In this document: positions 11,710 through 26,702 of the stretch, in pieces | How positions within the stretch are numbered: position 1 is the stretch's first letter | Layout: every line of letters starts with the position of its first letter | Assembly: GCA_951406725.2 (NCBI GenBank) | Contig: OX597817.1 | Coordinates: 161,944,001-162,008,000, forward strand | DNA: 64,000 bases | From: Octopus vulgaris | Taxonomy: Eukaryota | Reading direction: 5' to 3' | Translations under genes and position numbers: made by a program | The notes under the pieces: model-generated | Told to the model about the DNA's origin: nothing | Databases searched by the model: none | Seen by the model: only the letters and a program-made list of their open reading frames with translations

Positions 11710-11812
11710 ATACAAAATGGGACAAGAACGCAAAACACTCAAATAGACGACACAAAAAACGGACGGGTCATTTGAAGCCTCTAATTGTCAGTCAAGAACA
11801 AGATCATCCTTG

Positions 11813-11815
<3 letters not shown>
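11710..11815. mobile_element. (TA)n-flanked repeat fragment, possibly Penelope-like; second copy at 16310-16405
   Basis: gacgggtcatt(t/c)(g/a)aagcct..tcagtca..tcatc(c/a)ttgcaa shared between the two loci. Confidence 0.5.
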
Positions 11816-11885
<70 letters not shown>

Positions 11886-12257
11886 TGTAGAGAGAGAAAG
11901 AGGCGGGGTTACAGGTTCATATATACACATAGCACACATACACATTTTTTTTTCACATCCTGTCATCCTAAACATATGAGAATAAACATTCCATTTAACC
12001 TCTGCAATAGAGTTTTTGCAATAGCATAGAATCCTCCGAAATGTGATGAAAGGCCAAAGAAATTTCAAAACATGGTTATTCAAAAAGCAGTTCTTCTAAG
12101 TCTAATTACCATTGGAATGGAAAGAGCAAAATTTATAAACATTCAAAATCTAAAGGAAGTGAAAAAATATAAACCAAAAAAAATGCTTTACCATGTGTCT
12201 TTACATTTAACCTGAGAAACTGCAAAATATTCTACCATTTTTATAAAACCTCATCTA

Positions 12258-12420
12258 GGCACAGGAGCGGCTCTGTGGTAAGTAGCTTGCTTACCAACCA
12301 CATGGTTCTGGGTTCAGTCCCACTGCGTGACACCTTGGGCAAGTGTCTTCTACTATAGCCTTGGGCCGACCAAAGTCTTGTGAGTGGATTTTGTAGACAG
12401 AAACTGAAAGAAGCCCGTTG
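12258..12420 (+). mobile_element. SINE B, 5' half
   Basis: Head through aaactgaaagaagcccg. Confidence 0.85.
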
Positions 12421-12434
12421 GAAATATGTGTGTG

Positions 12435-12515
12435 CTATCTGGTTCACCAGTCCTCAGTCAAATCGTCCAACCCATGCTAGCATAGAAAGCGGACGTTAAA
12501 CGATGATGATGATGA
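12435..12515 (+). mobile_element. SINE E 3' end
   Basis: cgtccaacccatgctagcat..ggacgttaaac followed by (GAT)n. Confidence 0.8.
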
Positions 12516-12611
12516 TATATCCAACCACATGTCAGCTGTCCAACTCCTGACAGCATGTAAAAACGAAGTTAAGTAATTAAACGGTGGTGATGATGATATA
12601 TATCTATGTAT

Positions 12612-12656
<45 letters not shown>

Positions 12657-12679
12657 AACACACACACACATACATGCAT

Positions 12680-12717
<38 letters not shown>

Positions 12718-12879
12718 GACACCTGCCCACCCATTAAACGTGTATGACTATTGCTGACAGGTTGACTTATAATTGACTGTTCTTACAATTGTTAGATCAA
12801 CAGTGACCCATGAAGCAGGTGAGAGACATACAGAGCTTGTTACAAAGACTCCATGTTTTTGGCCTGACGTTTAGGCCCC

Positions 12880-13400
12880 TTGGGTGGAGGATCACCATGG
12901 ATTTTCAAATGTTACATGGGTCTTGATCAGCCCTTGCAGATTTTACCACATACATCACAAGTAAGCACATCTGCAATAATAAATTGAACATAATGCCCTA
13001 GCAGGTTGTCCATGTGGCTCTTCAGGTGATTTTGGACCCCAGTGTTTGACAAGCATATTCAGGCACACTCATGGCAAACAGACTGAAAAACAACTAATTC
13101 TACTCCCTTTCTCTTGCAGGCAGCTCTTTTGGTTTTTGCCCAGATTATTGACTTTCCATGGAATGAACAGCATCCTTATTACATTTGCTTTCTCCACTTG
13201 TCTCAGGCACCAGCTTTGGCTTCCTAGCTGTGAAGGTTAAGATGAAACTGTGATAGCAGATCCTTGACACAGTCTTCAAATGGTCCTTAGGTTTTTGCTG
13301 GGGTACTTTTCCTTCAGCTAGCTCTCCATAAAGCATCCGACTGAAAGTACAACCACTCATCAAGCTATGACTGATGTCCTCCCTGGCAAAGGTAGCACCT
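12880..13400 (-). mobile_element. Decayed RTE-like LINE C-terminus with two C2H2-type zinc-finger remnants
   Basis: RMLYGELAEGKVPQQKPKDHLK resembles RTE LLYGEL..GKR; LTCDVCGKICKG*SRPM*HLKIH and CHECA*ICLS. Confidence 0.65.
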
Positions 13401-13714
13401 GAACTTTTATGTTGAGTGCATCAGCTCATTCACGTGTCTTGAACATGTGAGACCCAAGATCCATCAAAAGCAGCACAGGCGGAAGTAGTCCTGTGCATTC
13501 AAATGTTTTTTGTAACACATATATATATGTATATATATATATATGTATGTATATACACACCACCATACCACACACCACCAAACTGCACAACACCACATCA
13601 CATCACACTATCATCCACACCATCATCCATGTCCTACACATGTACACATGCACACGTCAAGGTCATCCACATGCACATACAGTCTCCCTTATACACACGC
13701 ACGCGCACTTTCGT

Positions 13715-13978
13715 TTTGGCATTACCACTACTTTATTATTTTCCCTTCTTCTTAGCTCTCCTGTGTGACCCCTCAATCCAGCATTCACCATGATAGATTG
13801 CTAGCCACTACACATTTTTTATTTTCTCTCCCTGTTTCTTTCTGTGTTCCTTTCTGTGGAAGAGCATAGGCTCGAAATGTTAAAGACTTTTTCACTTGTC
13901 GAGCTTTATACTAATACATCTGTTTGTTGTCTACAACACCTAACTTCATCCTTTGTTTTTTTGTGTATTCTCCCCCAC

Positions 13979-13980
<2 letters not shown>
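13715..13980 (+). mobile_element. Penelope-like fragment family P1 with an HHR-like motif at 13850-13885
   Basis: Shares sequence with 23446-23650 and 54985-55200; all copies abut (TA)n. Confidence 0.55.
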
Positions 13981-14018
<38 letters not shown>

Positions 14019-14021
<3 letters not shown>

Positions 14022-14194
14022 CACAGGAGTGGCTGTGATAAGAAGCTTGCTTCTCAACCACATGATTCCAGGTTCAGTCCCACTGTGAAGCACCTCGGAC
14101 AAGTGTGTTCTACTATAGCCTCGGGCCAACCAAAGCCTTGTGAGTGAATTTTGTAGACAGAATCTGAAGGAAGCCCGTCGTATATATATATGTA

Positions 14195-14227
<33 letters not shown>

Positions 14228-14228
14228 C

Positions 14229-14262
<34 letters not shown>

Positions 14263-14503
14263 TGTATTTGTGTCTTTGTGTCTGTGTTTATCCTTTCACC
14301 CCTTCATTCCTTGACAACTGATGTTGGTATATTTACGTCTCTGTAACGTAGCAGTTTGGCCACAGAGAGCAATAGAATAAGAACTATGCTTACAAAGAAT
14401 ATATCCTGAGATTGATTTCTTGAACTAAAACCCCTTAAGTGGTGCTCCAGCATGATCACAGTCAAATGACTGAAACAAGTAAGAGAATAAATGAATAAAA
14501 GAA
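14019..14503 (+). mobile_element. SINE B
   Basis: Family match. Confidence 0.88.
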
Positions 14504-14504
14504 T

Positions 14505-14544
<40 letters not shown>

Positions 14545-14584
14545 ACATACAAACACACACATAGACATATAAAATACATTACAA

Positions 14585-14745
14585 TGGGCTTCTTTCAGTT
14601 TCCATCAACCAAATCCTCTCACAAGTCTTTAGCTGACCTGACACTATTGTAGAAGACACTTGCCCAAAGCACCATGCAGTGGGACTGAACCCAGAACTGT
14701 GTGGTTGGGATGTATACCCGTTGCCACACAGCCAGGCCTGCACCT
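14585..14745 (-). mobile_element. SINE B, 5' half
   Basis: Family match. Confidence 0.8.
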
Positions 14746-14751
14746 ACCTAA

Positions 14752-15360
<609 letters not shown>

Positions 15361-16014
15361 TATGAAGTGTATGACAAAGCAAACAGTTAATAAGTATTAG
15401 ATGAAGAACAGATGTGTGCCAATTAAGCAGTAATCAGCAGAACAACTGCCTCTTGTGAGCATTTCCTGTTTTATAAACTGCTTGGAAACCATTCCATAGA
15501 CTCATTAAACATTATCTTCAGGCTACGAATAAACCAGCCGAATCTATTACTCATAGTTTTGGCCAGGGGAAATTCTGTGACTGACCATCACATCTATTCT
15601 GGTTGTGAGGATGATGGTGTAATGTTCTCAAGCACATATTTGTTAGTAATGCCCCAGCAAAACTAGCATCACTATCCACCACCACCGCCGCGTCCACTAC
15701 CATTGTCACGACCAACGAGAGAGAAAAAAAAAAAAAAATCAAGGGAGATAATTTGAAAATTAACAAATAATTAAATGTAATGCGGTTTAGATGTAGTTAT
15801 CACACGTATCCATACATGCACACAAGCACACACACACAAATATGCAAGTATACACACATATGCACAGAGAAATACATACACAGAGGGAGGAATGCAGACA
15901 GAAACATGCGCAAGGACAGGAGACCGGCACAGACATTGATAGAGAAACAGACAGACACAAATAGACGTGTCTGCGTGTACATGTGTGGGTGTGTGTGTGC
16001 ATGCGTTTGTATAG

Positions 16015-16290
<276 letters not shown>

Positions 16291-16440
16291 AGAATAAACC
16301 TTTACATATATAAATAACGTGAAATACACGAAGGGACGAACATAAGAAACAGACGGGTCATTCAAAGCCTTCGTTCTTCAGTCAGAAACCGATTCATCAT
16401 TGCAAACATATATATATATGTATGTATATATATATGTATG

Positions 16441-16474
<34 letters not shown>

Positions 16475-16478
16475 TACA

Positions 16479-16509
<31 letters not shown>

Positions 16510-16587
16510 TTATATATATCGTTGAAATTTAAAGAAAAACAGATATATATTTGTGAAAGAGGACAAGAAAGTCATATACATTATTTT

Positions 16588-16873
16588 ATATTATTCTTAA
16601 ATTAGTTGAGGTCTTTACAGCTTTACAGCTGTTTCTGGGATATCCAAAGTGATAGATGAGTATGCTCGAATATGGGGTATTCAGTCGTCAGAGACAACTA
16701 GAGAATATATGAAAGATCTAGACATGGAAATATTCAGATTTTCATGTCACAATCTTTCATATATTTTCTAGCTGTTTCTGATGACGGAATACCCCATATT
16801 CGGGCATGCCTGCCTATCACTTGGGTTATCCCAGAAATGGCTGTAATACCTCAACTAATTTAAGAATAATAAA
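16588..16873. mobile_element. Fold-back element (~140-bp imperfect arms) with one HHR motif per strand
   Basis: ttattcttaaattagttgagg..gaaagat / atctttc..cctcaactaatttaagaataa; cores CTGATGA (+, 16778) and CTGACGA (-, 16691). Confidence 0.75.
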
Positions 16874-16888
16874 AAGTTAGAAGGGCAT

Positions 16889-17025
16889 GGCGTTAGGAAG
16901 GGCATCCAGCCGTAGAAACATTGCCAGATCAGACTGGGCCTGGTGCAGCCTTCAGGCTTCCCAGACCCCAGTTGAACCGTCCAACCCATGCTAGCATGGA
17001 AAGCGGACGCTAAACGATGATGATG
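16889..17025 (+). mobile_element. SINE E 3' part
   Basis: Family match with (GAT)n tail. Confidence 0.85.
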
Positions 17026-17046
17026 ATAAAATAATGTATATGAATT

Positions 17047-17490
17047 AGGAGTGGCTGTGTGGTAAATAGCTTGCTTACGAACCAAATGGTTCCAGGTTCA
17101 GTCCCACTGCATGGCACCTTGGGCAAGTGTCTTCTACTATAGCCTTGGGCCGACCAAAGCCTTGTGACTGGATTTGGTAGATGGAAACTGAAAGAAGCCC
17201 GTCGTATATATGTATGTATATATATATATATGTATGTATATATATATATGTATGCATGTGTGTATATGTTTGTGTGTCTGTGTTTGTTCCCCCCCCCCAA
17301 CATCGCTTGACAACCGATGCTGGTGTGTTTACATCCCCGTAACCTAGCAGTTCGGCAAAGAGACCGATAGAATAAGTACTAGGCTTACAAAGAATAAGTC
17401 CTGGGAACGATTTGCTCAACTTAAGGCGGTGCTTCAGCATGGCCACAGTCAAGTGTAAAGTAAAGAGTAAAAGTAAAGAGTAAAAGAGAG
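17047..17490 (+). mobile_element. SINE B
   Basis: Family match. Confidence 0.9.
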
Positions 17491-17532
17491 AACTGTGACG
17501 CTTGTTATGCCTTGGCATTTGTAGTCCTGTTT

Positions 17533-17655
<123 letters not shown>

Positions 17656-17951
17656 TATAAGGAAAATGGAGAGTTGTAAATTATAACCTTCGATTTATTA
17701 ACATATGGTCAAAATTCTCTGTTACCTACAATCGTTTCTATACTCAACTCATTAAATTACAAATTGATAAATTAAAACTTGTATCTTGAAAATAAACAAA
17801 TTAAATACTTCCTGAAGTGTAATAATCATTGAACTCTGTAACATATTAATTGGTACCTATTATTAGACAATAAACACCCATACTATTAAGTAATACTGGA
17901 CTCTTGAACTCAAAATAACTATATATATACATACATACATACATACATACA

Positions 17952-18028
<77 letters not shown>

Positions 18029-18184
18029 GTATGTATATATAGATGAATAGAAAAAGAGAGAGAAAGAGAGTGAAGAGAAAAGAAAGGTATTTGTGTGTGT
18101 ACACATGTATGTATATAACTGTATATAAGGATGTGTGTGAGTGTGTATAAATATATTTATGTGTAAATATATTACATGCATATC

Positions 18185-18293
18185 TTTTACCTTTTACTGA
18201 TTTCAGTCATTAGACTGCAGCCATCCTAGAACACTGGTTGTTATGAGGTGGTGGGTGACAACGCAGACACAAAACACACACACACACACATGC

Positions 18294-18326
<33 letters not shown>

Positions 18327-18392
18327 AAAGTATATATATATATATATATATATATGTGAAAGAAGCCACTGTATGTGTGTGTGTGTGTGTGT

Positions 18393-18437
<45 letters not shown>

Positions 18438-18595
18438 ATGGGCTTCTTTCAGTTTCCATAAACCAAACCCAATCACAAGACTTTGATTGACTTGAGGCTA
18501 TCATAGAAGACACTTGCCCAAGGAGTCACACAATGGAACTGAACCTGGGACCAAGTGGTTGGTAAGCAAACTTCTTACTACACAGCCATGCCTGC
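18185..18595 (-). mobile_element. SINE B, internally deleted
   Basis: Family match. Confidence 0.8.
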
Positions 18596-18654
18596 AATAC
18601 ACACACATACATACATACATACATACATACATACATACATACATACATACATAC

Positions 18655-19072
18655 TTATTTCTTTATTGCCCACAAGGGGCTAAGCATAGAGGGGACAAAC
18701 AAGTACAGACAAAGGGATTAAGTTGATTACATCGACCCCAGTGCATAACTGGCGCTTAATTTATCAACCTCGAAAGGATGAAAGGCAAAGTCAACCTCGC
18801 TGGAACTTGAACTCAGAACGTAACTGCAGACAAAATACCTATTTCTTTACTACCCACAAGGGGCTAAACACAGAGAGGACAAACAAGGACAGACAAACGG
18901 ATTAAGTCGATTACATCGACCCCAGTGCATAACTGGTACTTATTTAATCGACCCCGAAAGGATGAAAGGCAAAGTCGACCTCGGTAGAATTTGAACACAG
19001 AACATAGCGGCAGACGAAATACTGCCAAGCTTTTCGCCTGGCATGCTAACGATTCTGCCAGCTTGCCGCCTT
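18655..19072 (-). mobile_element. SINE A dimer (one head, two ~181-bp body units)
   Basis: Junction aaatacctatttcttt at ~18833-18848. Confidence 0.9.
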
Positions 19073-19073
19073 A

Positions 19074-19106
<33 letters not shown>

Positions 19107-19376
19107 GATAGGTAGACAGGGTGACACACAAGCAGACAGATAAACAGACAGACAGGCAAGCAGACCAACACCCAGCCAGCCAGCCAGCCAGACAGACAGA
19201 CTGACAGCTGGACAGATAGGAAGATATACAGTAGAAAGTACACACACAGAAGAAAAATGGAACAGTGCAGAAATAGATAAAGAAGAAGAAGAAGAAGAAG
19301 AAAAGGGAGAAAGGGAAACAGTGAGAATGCAAAACAAACAAACAAATATATAAATAAACAAATAAATAAAAAAGAG

Positions 19377-19423
<47 letters not shown>

Positions 19424-19776
19424 GAGGAAATGAGATAAGGCAAAAGGAGAGTAAGAGTAACAGAGAGAGTAATGGGAAGAGCAGATAGAGTGCAAGAGGG
19501 GGAGTGCAGATGATGTGTGCAGTATCCCTACTTAGAGCTATAAAACCATACAACAGACACACAGTTGGCTTATACATGTGCCAGTACACCTGTGAATATT
19601 CTCTGCTGTCTACAGCGACACATCCACTGCACTGCACTGCACTGTTGTTGTACGGCTCATGTGTGCAGCTTTGCTTACTGTTGTCACACACTGCAGTAGC
19701 AATGCCTTTATATATTAATTTATCTATCAGGTTTTTTTTGGAGGGAAAATTTTTTTTTTATTCTTTGCTGCACACA

Positions 19777-19854
<78 letters not shown>

Positions 19855-20026
19855 CTTTTGTGGAGAATGGCGATTTGACGTCTATATCTAGCATGTTGAC
19901 TTTCCACTTTTCGTGTTCAGTCCTTAATTGGTATATATAAATATTTTAATCTTCGGATTCTTTTTTTTAATATGCTAGACCACTGGTTTTAATTGATAAA
20001 TATCAATTTCTACCCTTAATTAATTT

Positions 20027-21815
<1,789 letters not shown>

Positions 21816-22187
21816 TCAGTTGTAGTGATCCTGCTGCTGCTACTGCTGCTGCTGCTGCTGCTGCTGTTGCTACCATACTTGGCACCAATACAGTTGTGGG
21901 GTCATGGTAGCCAAATCCATGAGAAGCATCATCTTCACTGTCATAGTTATTAATGCCTTCATTGACCTGCAGCAGTTATTATGATCATCAAACGCATGCA
22001 CACACACACACATACACACACATACACACATATACACACACTTATATACACACACACACACATACATACATACATACATGCATACATGCGTATGCTTATG
22101 TGCATGCACCTATGTGTAATTGTGTTTGTGTGTATACACTGCCATAAATTACATCTGTTTATCAATATCTATCTATCTATCAATCTA

Positions 22188-22240
<53 letters not shown>

Positions 22241-22401
22241 TTATCTCTGTCTTTATGTGTGTGTGTGTGTGTGTGTGTACACATATATATATTGTATGCA
22301 TATATATATGTATGCATATATGTGTGTGTGTGTGTGTGTGTGTATTCTTTTATTCCCTTGTTTAATTCATTTCTGTGACCATGCTGGAGAACTGCATATA
22401 A

Positions 22402-22447
<46 letters not shown>

Positions 22448-22511
22448 ACTCACACACACACACACATATATACACACACACACATATATATATGTGTGTG
22501 TGTACATATGT

Positions 22512-22635
22512 GAAGGCGAATGGCTCAGTCGTTAGAGCATTGAGCTTATGATCGTGAGGCTGTGAGTTCGATTCCTGGGCCAGGCTGTGTGTTGTGTTCT
22601 TGCTCCAGTTCACTCAGCTATAGAAATGAATTGTG
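22512..22635 (+). mobile_element. SINE C head, truncated
   Basis: tggctcagtcgttagag..gagttcgattcc..ctccagttcactcagcta. Confidence 0.8.
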
Positions 22636-22650
22636 TATTTGTCCATACTA

Positions 22651-22858
22651 TCAAGGGTGTGCTGAAAAGTTCCTGGCTTTGGTAAAAGAACATAGAGGAG
22701 GATGAGTCAATCATGATTTTATTTAACGCTTCTCCTCTCAGATTCACACATTTATTGCAGAGGTCCTTTAGCTTCTCTAAGTCCTGTAAAAGAACTTGAA
22801 AGGTTGGGCCTCCAATCAGGCATTTCACGATACCCTTAAAGCCTTCAGCACCCCCTTA
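22651..22858 (-). mobile_element. mariner-derived MITE
   Basis: agggtgtgctgaaaagttcctggcttt / aaagccttcagcacccc termini; residual LKDLCNKCVNLRGE resembles a mariner C-terminus; second copy at 46228-46443. Confidence 0.7.
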
Positions 22859-23069
22859 TACACTACAAAGGTACCACTCTACACTATGCTACATACACCC
22901 CATGACACCACATTAATCTATGCCATATCACAAAACTACCACCTACACCTCGCTATGCCATACTATACACAATTACAACTTACTTCACCACATTACAACC
23001 ATATAACATGCCAACATACTACACCAAACTAAACCACTCTACATCACACTACACCGCACTATGTCGGCT

Positions 23070-23215
23070 AGGCGCTCCGTCGGTTTCGATGATCGGTGCT
23101 CCAGATGATACAATCAACAAAACAGTCTGCTCATGAAATTAACCTGCAAGTGGCTGAGCACTCCACAGATGTGCATACATGTAGTGTAGTTCTCAAGGAG
23201 ATTCAGTGTGACACA
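23070..23215 (-). mobile_element. SINE tail fragment (tail shared by 24327-24629 and 51282-51663)
   Basis: caagtggctgagcactccacaga motif. Confidence 0.7.
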
Positions 23216-23445
23216 CCGATAGCAGTGCTGTCAAAACCACTCACCTGAAGACGGGCCGATCCACAGCTGCTATATTTATTTATGTAATTATTTTTATATA
23301 ATATTTTATGTAATAGTACGATAAGGAAAACTCTTTCTATGGCACAGAAACAATTGTTGTGATTTGTTATTAAAACCTGTTCATTCCATCTTCTTGTTTT
23401 ATATGTTTTTATACTCACACACACACACACACACACATATATATA

Positions 23446-23561
23446 GGGAGAGAAAATAAAGAATGTGAAGTGGCTAGCGATCTATCATGGCAAATGCCAG
23501 ACAGAGGGGTCACGCAGGAGAGTTAGGAAGAAGAGGAGATAATAAAGTAGTAGTGATCCCA

Positions 23562-23593
<32 letters not shown>

Positions 23594-23650
23594 TGGGATC
23601 ACAACTACTTTATTATCTCCCCTTCTTCCTAACTCTCCTGTGTGGCATCT
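23446..23650. mobile_element. P1 fragments in inverted arrangement around (TA)n
   Basis: 23511-23563 and 23592-23644 are near-perfect reverse complements. Confidence 0.7.
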
Positions 23651-23681
23651 CTTTATATATATATATATGTGTGTGTGTGTG

Positions 23682-23990
23682 TGGAGGCGCAATGGCCCAG
23701 TGGTTAGGGATTCGGACTCGCGGTTGTAGGATCGCGGTTTCGATTCCTAGACCGGGCGTTGTGAGTGTTTATTGAGCGAAAACACCTAAAGCTCCACGAG
23801 GCTCGGGCGAGGGTGGGGGTGACGATCCTTGCTGTACTCTTTCGCCACAACTTTCTTTCACTCTTTCTTCTGTTGGCCTGCTCTCTTAGCCAACGGGGTG
23901 GCGTCATTTGACGACTAAAACAATGCGAAGCGCATTGTGACCAGCGATGTGTAGCAACATCTGATAGCCTGGTCGGTCACGGTGATCACG

Positions 23991-23995
<5 letters not shown>
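23682..23995 (+). mobile_element. SINE D
   Basis: A box TGGCCCAGTGG, B box GGTTTCGATTCC; ends in (cacggtgat)2; head shared with 51282. Confidence 0.85.
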
Positions 23996-24026
<31 letters not shown>

Positions 24027-24126
24027 GATAATGGGTGGGAAAATTGGATACTAATTTAATAGTACATCCATTTACCACCAAGTAGCTTAGAGGATTAAAA
24101 AACCCGGATTACAGTACATTTTATAC

Positions 24127-24290
24127 ATAAATATAAGAGAGTGACCACTATGTGGTCTACTCTAGCACTAAAAATAGATCCGCAAGGTTTCAGCCCTTTC
24201 ATCGGAAACAATTTCTTTTGTGGCTGAAACCTTGCGGATCTATTTTTAGTGCTAGAGTAGACCACATGGTGGTCACTCTCTTATATTTAT
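24127..24290. repeat. Near-perfect inverted repeat, 69-bp arms, 26-bp spacer
   Basis: 24127-24195 vs 24222-24290, one mismatch seen. Confidence 0.92.
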
Positions 24291-24326
24291 ATATATATAT
24301 ATATATGTGGATGGACACATATATAT

Positions 24327-24629
24327 ATGATGATGATGAGGGTTCAGTTGATCCGATCGTCGGAACAACCTGCTTCTGAAATTAACGGACAAGTGGCTGA
24401 ACACTCCACAGACACTCGTAACTCTTAATGTAGCGAGTCACAGCGAGTCACACTGAACGTGCAAGGCCGATCATTGAACTACAAATACAATTCACTTTTG
24501 CTAGCTGAGTGGACTGGAGCGACGTGAAATAAAGTGCCTTGCTCAAGGACACAATGCACCGTCGGGAACCGAACTCACGATCGTAAGATCGTGAGACGCC
24601 TACACTAACCACTAAGCCACGTGTCCTCA
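24327..24629 (-). mobile_element. SINE C-type head with an alternative tail
   Basis: Head resembles 2746; tail resembles 51500-51660. Confidence 0.75.
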
Positions 24630-24798
24630 TCCCACACGACAGTATACCAAACCTTACTACTCTACATTTCACTACACCAAACCACACCACTTTATACTAC
24701 ACAGCACAACGCTACAAAACATAACATAATACTAAACCACACTACTCTACGCCAGCCTACATCATACCACATTACATCTCACTACTCAACACTATACC

Positions 24799-25395
24799 TA
24801 TTTCTTTATTACCCACAAGGGGCTAAACACAGAGGGAACAAACAAGGAGGGACATAGGTATTAAGTCGATTACATCGACCCCAATGCGTAACTGGTACTT
24901 AATTTATCGACCCCGAAATGATGAAAGGGAAAGTCGACCTCGGCGGAATTTGAACTCACAACGTAACGCAGACGAAATACCTATTTCTTTATTACCCACA
25001 AGGGGCTAAACACAGAGGGGACAAACAAGGACAGACATAGGTATTAAGTCGATTACATCGACCCCAGTGCGTAACTGGTACTTAATTTATCGACCCCGAA
25101 AGGATGAAAGGCAAAGTCGACCTCGGCGGAATTTGAACTCACAACGTAACGCAGACGAAATACCTATTTCTTTATTACCCACAAGGGGCTAAACATAGAG
25201 GGGACAAACAAGGACAGACATAGGTATTAAGTCGATTACATCGACCCCAGTGCGTAACTGGTACTTAATTTATCGACCCCGAAAGGATGAAAGGCAAAGT
25301 CGACCTCGGCGGAATTTGAACTCACAACGTAACGCAGACGAAATACCGCTAAGCATTTCGCCCGGCGTGCTAACGTTTCTGCCAGCTCGCCGCCT
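24799..25395 (-). mobile_element. SINE A trimer with a ~20-bp target-site duplication
   Basis: Three ~181-bp units and one head; tcactactcaacactatacc at 24779-24798 and 25396-25415. Confidence 0.93.
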
Positions 25396-25574
25396 TCACT
25401 ACTCAACACTATACCACAGCACACAATACACCACACGATGCAACACCATACAATGCCACGTTACATTGTTACAGAGTACACTAGACATGGTACATGATCC
25501 CTTTATCTAGTTACGTGACAACATAATTTTATTGAACAGCCTTAGAACACACATACATTGCATCTCAAGAAATT

Positions 25575-25876
25575 TTTTATCTTTTACTTTACTTGTTTCA
25601 GTCATTAGACTGCGGTCATGCTGGGGCACCGCCACGACGGGTTTAGTAGAACAATTTCCGCACCCACCCCGCCAGTATTTATGTATTATCTATCATGTTG
25701 TTTACTTTAAGCCTGGTACTTATTTTATCGGTCGCATTTGCTGAACCGCTAGGGTACAGGGACGTAAGCAAACCAACGCCGGTTGTCAAGCGGTGATGAC
25801 GGACAAACACGAAACCGTACAGACACAGAGAATATACATGTGTGTGTGTGCGTGTGTGTGTATGTGTGTGTGTGTG

Positions 25877-25907
<31 letters not shown>

Positions 25908-25998
25908 TTATATATGTGATGGGTCGTCAGCCAAATCCACTCATAAGGCTTTGATTTTCCGGCGCTATAGTAGCAGACACTTGTCTAAGGTGCCACGC
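25575..25998 (-). mobile_element. SINE B, diverged
   Basis: Family match. Confidence 0.75.
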
Positions 25999-26531
25999 CT
26001 GCGCCTTAACTCAAAACTTTACAGCATTCTGATTCATGAGTAACACACGGTTAGAACAGTCATGTCTCTTACAAATAGTAATTTTAATTCCTGGTTACCT
26101 TTCCAGGTGACATTCACATGTAACACAGAGACGATTCTCTGAACAATAATTATCATCTATTTAGTATTTTCTTCCCAAAGACTGGGATAGATTCAAGCGG
26201 AGAAATATCGAAAATTTTGACGAAAATAAGAGCGAGCTCTGAAGCATATTGTTTGAAGCTAATGGAAGGGAGATATTAGAGGGCGGGATGGCTTTTGTTG
26301 GTTTATAATGATCGGAATTGTTTCTACATTTAGTGAATTCTATAAAAGCACGTAATGGTGAGAATTACAACGTGCATGTATTTAATAACAACTATGGCTT
26401 TCGATGAAATCGCTTTTTACTCAAACTTAAGCCACACTGAGTGTTCCTCTCTGAAACAGAAATTTCGTTGTCCATCTATGTTATCCTGGCTCTCTATCCC
26501 AGTTTGACTCTGAAGGGTATGTCTACTATAT

Positions 26532-26702
26532 CTACGTTCTGAGTTCAAATTCCGCCGAGGTCGACTTTGCCTTTCATCCTTTCGGGTTCGATAAATTAAG
26601 TACCAGTTACGCACTGGAGTCGATGTAATCTACTTAATACCTATGTCTGTCCTTGTTTGTCCCCTCTATGTTCAGCCCCTTGTGGGTAATAAAGAAACAG
26701 GA
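26532..26702 (+). mobile_element. 5'-truncated SINE A with TSD tatgtctactatat
   Basis: TSD at 26518-26531 and 26703-26716. Confidence 0.9.

Noticed and set aside
24799-25395. SINE arrays as CRISPR-like or tRNA gene arrays
   Set aside because: Units are ~181-bp near-identical repeats without unique spacers; heads have A/B boxes but no complete cloverleaf; context is eukaryotic.
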